From Eledone cirrhosa (lineage: Eukaryota): DNA of 64,000 nt. Of the stretch, positions 56,001-64,000 are shown one piece after another. The notes beneath the pieces are model-generated. The model had not been told where the DNA came from and ran no database searches. It saw only the letters and a list, made by a program, of their open reading frames with translations. How positions within the stretch are numbered: the first letter of the stretch is position 1; the number at the start of each line of letters is the position of its first letter. The stretch spans positions 247,256,001 to 247,320,000 of the forward strand of contig OZ024741.1 in assembly GCA_964016885.1 (NCBI GenBank), in the 5' to 3' direction. A program made the translations under genes and the position numbers.

Positions 56001-59000
56001 TGGCTGGCGGGAAATTATCTCCCCTTGGACGGCTGAAAATTATCTCCCCTTGGACGGCTGGAAATTATCTCCCCTTGATTTTTTTTACAAATTATCTCCC
56101 CCTGATTTTTTTTTACAAATTATCTCCCCCTGATTTTTTTACAAATTATCTCCCCCTGATTTTTTTTTACAAATTATCTCCCCCTGATTTTTTTTACAAA
56201 TTATCTCCCTCTGATTTTTTTACAAATTATCTCCCCTTGGCTGGCTGGAAATTATCTCCCCTTGGACGGCTAGAAATTACCTCTCCTTGGACGGCTGGAA
56301 AATTTGTCTCCTTGGACGGCTGGATATTATCTCCCCTTGGACGGCTGGAAATTATCTCCCCTTGGACGGCTGGAAATTATCTCCCCTTGGACGGATATAT
56401 ATTACCTCCCCTTGGACGGCTGGAAATTATCTCCCCTTGATTTTTTTACAAATTATCTCCCCCTGATTTATTTTACAAATCTCCCAATGATTTTTAAAAA
56501 AAAATTATCTCCCCTTCGCTGGCTGGAAATTATCTCCCCTTGGACGCTGGAAATTATAGCCCCTTGGAGGGCTGGAAATTATCTTCCCTTGGACGGCTGG
56601 AAATTATCTCCCCTTGATTTTTTTTACAAATTATCTCCCCCTGATTTTTTTTACAAATTATCTCCCCCTGATTTTTTTTACAAATTATCTACCCCTGATT
56701 TTTTTTACAAATTATCTCCCCCTGATTTTTTTTTACAAATTATCTCCCCCTGATTTTTTTTTACAAATTATCTCCCCCTGATTTTTTTACAAATTATCTC
56801 CCCCTGATTTTTTTTACAATCTCCGCCTGATTTTTTTAAAAATTATCTTCTCTTGGCTGGCTGGAAATTATCTCCCCTTGGACACTGGAAATTATAGCCA
56901 CTTGGAGGGCTGGAAATTATCTTCCCTTGGACGGCTGGAAATTATCACCCCTTGATTTTTTTTACAAATTATCTCCGCCTGATTTTTTTTACAAATTATC
57001 TCCCCCTGATTTTTTTTTACAAATTATCTAACCCTGATTTTTTTTTACAAATTATCTCCCCCTGATTTTTTTTACAAATTATCTCCCCCTGATTTCTCTT
57101 TTACAAATTATCTCCCCCTGATTTTTTTACAAATTATCTCCCCCTGATTTTTTTTACAAATTATCTCCGCCTGATTTTTTTAAATATTATCTTCCCTTGG
57201 CTGGCGGGAAATTATCTCCCCTTGGACGGCTGGAAATTATCTACCCTTGATTTTCTTTTTACAAATTATCTTCCACTGATTTTTTTTACAAATTATCTCC
57301 ACCTGATTTTTTAAAAAATTATCTCCCCTTGGAAGGCTGGAAATTATCTCCCCTTGGCTGGAAATTATCTCCCCTTGGACGGCTAGAAATTATCTCTCTT
57401 TGGACGGCTGGAAATTATCACCCCTTGAGCTTTTTACAAATTATCTCCCCCTGATTTTTTTTACAAATCTCCCTGTGATTTTTTAAAAAAAATTATCTCC
57501 CCTTCGCTGGCGGGAAATTATCTCCCCTTGGACGCTGGAAATTATAGCCCCTTGGAGGGCTGGAAATTATCTTCCCTTGGACGGCTGGAAATTATCTCCC
57601 CTTGATTTTTTTACAAATTATCTCCCCCTGATTTTTTTTTACAAATTATCTCCCCCTGATTTTTTTTTACAAATTATCTACCCCTGATTTTTTTTTACAA
57701 ATTATCTCCCCCTGATTTTTTTTACAAATTATCTCCGCCGGATTTTTTTAAATATTATCTTCCCTTGGCTGGCGGGAAATTATCTCCCCTTGGACGGCTG
57801 AAAATTATCTCCCCTTGGACGGCTGGAAATTATATCCCCTTGATTTTTTTTACAAATTATCTCCCCCTGATTTTTTTTACAAATTATCTCCCCCTGATTT
57901 TTTTTACAAATTATCTCCCCCTGATTTTTTTTTACAAATTATCTCCCCCTGATTTTTTTTACAAATTATCTCCCCCTGATTTTTTTTACAAATTATCTCC
58001 CCCTGATTTTTTTTTACAAATTATCTCCCCTGATTTTTTTACAAATTATCTCCCCCTGATTTTTTTTACAAATTATCTCCGCCTGATTTTTTAAAATATT
58101 ATCTTCCCTTGGCTGGCGGGAAATTATCTCCCCTTGGACGGCTGGAAATTATATCCCCTTGATTTTTTTTACAAATTATCTCCCCCTGATTTTTTTTACA
58201 AATTATCTCCCCCTGATTTTTTTTACAAATTATCTCCCCCTGATTTTTTTTTACAAATTATCTCCCCCTGATTTTTTTTACAAATTATCTCCCCCTGATT
58301 TTTTTTACAAATTATCTCCCCCTGATTTTTTTTTACAAATTATCTCCCCCTGATTTTTTTTACAAATTATCTCCCCCTGATTTTTTTTACAAATTATCTC
58401 CCCCTGATTTTTTTTACAAATTATCTCCCCCTGATTTTTTTTACAAATTATCTCCCCCTGATTTTTTTTTACAAATTATCTCCCCCTGATTTTTTTTACA
58501 AATTATCTCCCCCTGATTTTTTTTACAAATTATCTCCCCCTGATTTTTTTTTACAAATTATCTCCCCTGATTTTTTTACAAATTATCTTCCACTGATTTT
58601 TTTTACAAATTATCTCCACCTGATTTTTTAAAAAATTATCTCCCCTTGGAAGGCTGGAAATTATCTCCCCTTGGCTGGAAATTATCTCCCCTTGGACGGC
58701 TAGAAATTATCTCTCTTTGGACGGCTGGAAATTATCACCCCTTGAGTTTTTTACAAATTATCTCCCCCTGATTTTTTTTACAAATCTCCCAGTGATTTTT
58801 AAAAAAAAATTATCTCCCCTTCGCTGGCTGGAAATTATCTCCCCTTGGACGCTGGAAATTATAGCACCTTGGAGGGCTGGAAATTATCTTCCCTTGGACG
58901 GCTGGAAATTATCTCCCCTTGATTTTTTTTACAAATTATCTCCCCCTGATTTTTTTTTACAAATTATCTCCCCCTGATTTTTTTTTACAACTTATCTGCG

Positions 59001-62000
59001 CCTGATTTTTTTAAAAAAATTATCTCCCCTTGGACGGCTGGAAATTATCTCCCCTTGGACGGCTGGAAATTATCTCTCCTTGGACGGCTAGAATTTACCT
59101 CTCCTTGGACGGCTGAAAATTATCTCCCCTTGGACGGCTGGAAATTATCTCCCCTTGATTTTTTTTACAAATTATCTCCCCCTGATTTTTTTTTACAAAT
59201 TATCTCCCCCTGATTTTTTTTACAAATTATCTCCCCCTGATTTTTTTTTACAAATTATCTCCCCCTGATTTTTTTTACAAATTATCTCCCCCTGATTTTC
59301 TTACAAATTATCTCCCCTTGGCTGGCTGGAAATTATCTCCCCTTGGAGGCTGGAACTTATGTCCCCTTGGACGGCTAGAAATTACCTCTCCTTGGACGGC
59401 TGGATGATATGTCTCCTTGGACGGCTGGATATTATCTCCCCTTGGACGGCTGGAAATTATCTCCCCTTGGACGGCTGGAAATTATCTCCCCTTGGATGGC
59501 TAGATATTACCTCCCCTTGGACGGCTGGAAATTATCTCCCCTTGATTTTTTTTACAAATTATCTCCCCCTGATTTTTTTTTACAAATTATCTCCCCCTGA
59601 TTTTTTTTTACAAATTATCTCCCCCTGATTTTTGTTTACAAATTATCTCCGCCTGATTTTTTTTTAAAAATTATCTCCCCTTGGACGGCTGGAAATTATC
59701 TCCCCTTGGACGGCTAGAAATTACCTCTCCTTGGACGGCTGAAAATTATCTCCCCTTGGACGGCTGGAAATTATCTCCCCTTGATTTTTTTACAAATTAT
59801 CTCCCCCTGATTTTTTTTTTACAAATTATCTCCCCCTGATTTTTTTTTTACAAATTATCTCCCCCTGATTTTTTTACAAATTATCTCCCCCTAATTTTTT
59901 TTACAAATTATCTCCGCCTGATTTTTTTAAATATTATCTCTCCTTGGCTGGCGGGAAATTATCTCCCCTTGGACGGCTGGAAATTATCTACCCCTGATTT
60001 TTTTTACAAATTATCTCCCCCTGATTTTTTTTACAAATTATCTCCCCCTGATTTTTTTTTACAAATTATCTACCCCTGATTTTTTTTACAAATTATCTCC
60101 CCCTGATTTTTTTTACAAATTATCTCCCCCTGATTTTTTTTACAAATTATCTCCCCCTGATTTTTTTACAAATTATCTCCCCCTGATTTTTTTTACAAAT
60201 TATCTTCCTCTGATTTTTTTACAAATTTTCTCCCCTTGGCTGGCTGGAAATTATCTCCCCTTGGACGGCTAGAAATTACCTCTCCTTGGATGGCTGGAAA
60301 TTATCTCCCCTTGGACGGCTGGAAATTATCTCCCCTTGGACGGATAGATATTACCTCCCCTTGGACGGCTGGAAATTATCTCCCCTTGATTTTTTTACAA
60401 ATTATCTCCCCCTGATTTATTTTACAAATCTGCCAATGATTTTTAAAAAAAAATTATCTCCCCTTCGCTGGCTGGAAATTATCTCCCCTTGGACGCTGGA
60501 AATTATAGCCCTTGGAGGGCTGGAAATTATCTTCCCTTGGACGGCTGGAAATTATCTCCCCTTGATTTTTTTTACAAATTATCTCCCCCTGATTTTTTTT
60601 ACAAATTATCTCCCCCTGATTTTTTTTACAAATTATCTACCCCTGATTTTTTTTTACAAATTATCTCCCTCTGATTTTTTTTACAAATTATCTCCCCCTG
60701 GAGATTTTTTTTTACAAATTATCTCCCCCTGATTTTTTTTACAAATTATCTCCCCCTGATTTTTTTTACAAATTATCTACCCCTGATTTTTTTTACAAAT
60801 TATCTCCCCCTGATTTTTTTTTACAAATTATCTCCCCCTGATTTTTTTTTACAAATTATCTCCCCCTGATTTTTTTACAAATTATCTCCCCCTGATTTTT
60901 TTTACAATCTCCGCCTGATTTTTTTTAAAATTATCTTCCCTTGGCTGGCTGGAAATTATCTCCCTCTGATTTTTTTTACAAATTATCTCCCCCTGATTTT
61001 TTTTTACAAATTATCTACCCCTGATTTTTTTTTACAAATTATCTCCCCCTGATTTTTTTTACAAATTATCTCCCCCTGATTTTTCTTTTACAAATTATCT
61101 CCCCCTGATTTTTTTACAAATTATCTCCCCCTGATTTTTTTTACAAATTATCTCCGCCTGATTTTTTTAAATATTATCTTCCCTTGGCTGGCGGGAAATT
61201 ATCTCCCCTTGGACGGCTGGAAATTATCTACCCTTGATTTTCTTTTTACAAATTATCTTCCACTGATTTTTTTTACAAATTATCTCCACCTGATTTTTTT
61301 AAAAATTATCTCCCCTTGGAAGGCTGGAAATTATCTCCCCTTGGCTGGAAATTATCTCCCCTTGGACGGCTAGAAATTATCTCTCTTTGGACGGCTGGAA
61401 ATTATCACCCCTTGAGTTTTTTACAAATTATCTCCCCCTGATTTTTTTTACAAATCTCCCAGTGATTTTTAAAAAAAAATTATCTCCCCTTCGCTGGCTG
61501 GAAATTATCTCCCCTTGGACGCTGGAAATTATAGCCCCTTGGAGGGCTGGAAATTATCTTCCCTTGGACGGCTGGAAATTATCTCCCCTTGATTTTTTTT
61601 ACAAATTATCTCCCCCTGATTTTTTTTTACAAATTATCTCCCCCTGATTTTTTTTACAACTTATCTGCGCCTGATTTTTTTAAAAAAATTATCTCCCCTT
61701 GGACGGCTGGAAATTATCTCCCCTTGGACGGCTGGAAATTATCTCTCCTTGGACGGCTAGAATTTACCTCTCCTTGGACGGCTGAAAATTATCTCCCCTT
61801 GGACGGCTGGAAATTATCTCCCCTTGATTTTTTTTACAAATTATCTCCCCCTGATTTTTTTTTACAAATTATCTCCCCCTGATTTTTTTACAAATTATCT
61901 CCCCTTGGCTGGCTGGAAATTATCTCCCCTTGGAGGCTGGAACTTATCTCCCCTTGGACGGCTAGAAATTACCTCTCCTTGGACGGCTGGAAAATATGTC

Positions 62001-64000
62001 TCCTTGGACGGCTGGATATTATCTCCCCTTGGACGGCTGGAAATTATCTCCCCTTGGACGGCTGGAAATTATCTCCCCTTGGATGGCTAGATATTACCTC
62101 CCCTTGGACGGCTGGAAATTATCTCCCCTTGATTTTTTTTACAAATTATCTCCCCCTGATTTTTTTTACAAATTATCTCCCCCTGATTTTTTTTTACAAA
62201 TTATCTCCCCCTGATTTTTGTTTACAAATTATCTCCGCCTGATTTTTTTAAATATTATCTCTCCTTGGCTGGCGGGAAATTATCTCCCCTTGGACGGCTG
62301 GAAATTATCTCCCCTTGGAAGGATGGAAATTATCTCCCCTTGGACGGCTGGAAATTATCTACCCCTGATTTTTTTTACAAATTATCTCCCCCTGATTTTT
62401 TTTACAAATTATCTCCCCCTGATTTTTTTTACAAATTATCTACCCCTGATTTTTTTTACAAATAATCTCCCCCTGATTTTTTTTACAAATTATCTCCCCC
62501 TGATTTTTTTTTTACAAATTATCTCCCCCTGATTTTTTTACAAATTATCTCCCCCTGATTTTTTTTACAAATTATCTCCGCCTGATTTTTTTAAATATTA
62601 TCTTCCCTTGGCTGGCTGGAAATTATCTCCCCTTGGACGGCTAGAAATTACCTCTCCTTGGACGGCTGGAAATTATCTCCCCTTGGACGGCTGGAAATTA
62701 TCTCCCCTTGGACGGATAGATATTACCTCCCCTTGGACGGCTGGAAATTATCTCCCCTTGATTTTTTTACAAATTATCTCCCCCTGATTTATTTTACAAA
62801 TCTCCCAATGATTTTTAAAAAAAAATTATCTCCCCTTCGCTGGCTGGAAATTATCTCCCCTTGGACGCTGGAAATTATCTCCCCTTGGACGGCTGAAAAT
62901 TATCTCCCCTTGGACGGCTGGAAATTATCTCCCCTTGATTTTTTTTACAAATTATCTCCCCCTGATTTTTTTTTACAAATTATCTCCGCCTGATTTTTTT
63001 TACAAATTATCTCCCCCTGATTTTTTTTTACAAATTATCTCCCCCTGATTTTTTTACAAATTATCTCCCCCTGATTTTTTTTACAAATTATCTCCGCCTG
63101 ATTTTTTAAAATATTATCTTCCCTTGGCTGGCGGGAAATTATCTCCCCTTGGACGGCTGGAAATTATCTGCCCTTGATTTTCTTTTTACAAATTATCTTC
63201 CACTGATTTTTTTTACAAATTATCTCCACCTGATTTTTTAAAAAATTATCTCCCCTTGGACGGCTGGAAATTATCTCCCCTTGGACGGCTGGAAATTATC
63301 TCCCCTTGGACGGCTGGAAATTATCTCTCCTTGGACGGCTAGAATTTACCTCTCCTTGGACGGCTGAAAATTATCTCCCCTTGGACGGCTGGAAATTATC
63401 TCCCCTTGATTTTTTTTACAAATTATCTCCCCCTGATTTTTTTTTACAAATTATCTCCCCCTGATTTTTTTTTACAAATTATCACCCCCTGATTTTTTTT
63501 TACAAATTATCTCCCCCTGATTTTTTTTACAAATTATCTCCCCTTGGCTGGCTGGAAATTATCTCCCCTTGGAGGCTGGAACTTATCTCCCCTTGGACGG
63601 CTAGAAATTACCTCTCCTTGGACGGCTGGAAAATATGTCTCCTTGGACGGCTGGATATTATCTCCCCTTGGACGGCTGGAAATTATCTCCCCTTGGACGG
63701 CTGGAAATTATCTCCCCTTGGATGGCTAGATATTACCTCCCCTTGGACGGCTGGAAATTATCTCCCCTTGATTTTTTTACAAATTATCTCCCCCTGATTT
63801 TTTTTTACAAATTATCTCCCCCTGATTTTTTTTTACAAATTATCTCCCCCTGATTTTTGTTTACAAATTATCTCCGCCTGATTTTTTTTTTAAAATTATC
63901 TCCCCTTGGACGGCTGGAAATTATCTCCCCTTGGACGGCTAGAAATTACCTCTCCTTGGACGGCTGAAAATTATCTCCCCTTGGACGGCTGGAAATTATC

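Larger units (their letters stand above)
1..64000. repeat. Compound two-monomer satellite array (25-bp type A and ~27-bp type B sharing a 16-bp core); runs to both window edges
   Basis: Seen directly: AAATTATCTCCCC(T/C)TG or a variant with a few changes recurs every 21-30 bp from the first to the last line. It is always on the same strand, with no intervening unique DNA. Confidence 0.99.

Noticed and set aside
57502-57515. CTTCGCTGGCGGGA resembling the CENP-B box (CTTCGTTGGAAACGGGA)
   Set aside because: TTCG and CGGG are 4 bp apart instead of the required 7, the essential A is missing, and I saw it only once. It is better explained as a point variant or recombinant of two junction monomers.
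450-63853. About 180 short plus-strand ORFs (LSPLGRLEIISPWTAGNYLPLDGWK / YKLSPPDFF repeats)
   Set aside because: They are translations of the repeat. Consensus type A has no plus-strand stop in any frame and B has one TGA, while the minus strand has TAA in every core, which explains the strand bias. The ORFs overlap in several frames, mostly start at TTG, and are broken by T-tract length changes.
1-64000. CRISPR-like constant repeat plus spacer pattern
   Set aside because: The core is only 16 bp, the 'spacers' are two recurring 9-13-bp tails instead of unique 25-45-bp sequences, and there is no leader or cas gene.
1-64000. Whole array as low-quality sequencing noise or synthetic concatemer
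   Set aside because: Private variants and homopolymer lengths are reproduced exactly in copies tens of kb apart and show nested sharing, consistent with a real evolved array. Individual duplications still need read validation.
1-64000. Inversions or transposon insertions
   Set aside because: I saw no GGGGAGATAATTT-oriented units on the plus strand and no non-satellite segment anywhere.

Overview
The whole 64-kb window is one uninterrupted tandem-repeat (satellite) array with all units in the same orientation. I found no supportable gene, RNA gene, transposon or unique sequence. The array has roughly 2,400-2,500 monomers (64,000/~26) of two types that share a 16-bp core, AAATTATCTCCCC(T/C)TG. 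Type A is core+GACGGCTGG (25 bp, 52% GC, one CpG). Type B is core+A(T)7-10AC (26-29 bp, mostly 27-28, about 30% GC). A and B occur in alternating runs of 1-18 units joined by a small set of stereotyped junction monomers. Above this sit recurrent variant cassettes, a loose 1.1-1.6-kb higher-order module, and nested near-identical duplications (offsets about 1.66, 2.5, 3.02, 4.4, 6.9, 9.27, 16.1, 20.9, 26.3, 37.8 and 42.4 kb, read from repeated ORF-track entries and shared private variants). All listed ORFs are translations of the repeat. The architecture resembles a eukaryotic heterochromatic or (peri)centromeric satellite, which is an inference; organism and function cannot be determined from this window. 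Duplication boundaries are approximate (about +/-100 bp) because they fall inside near-identical monomers.
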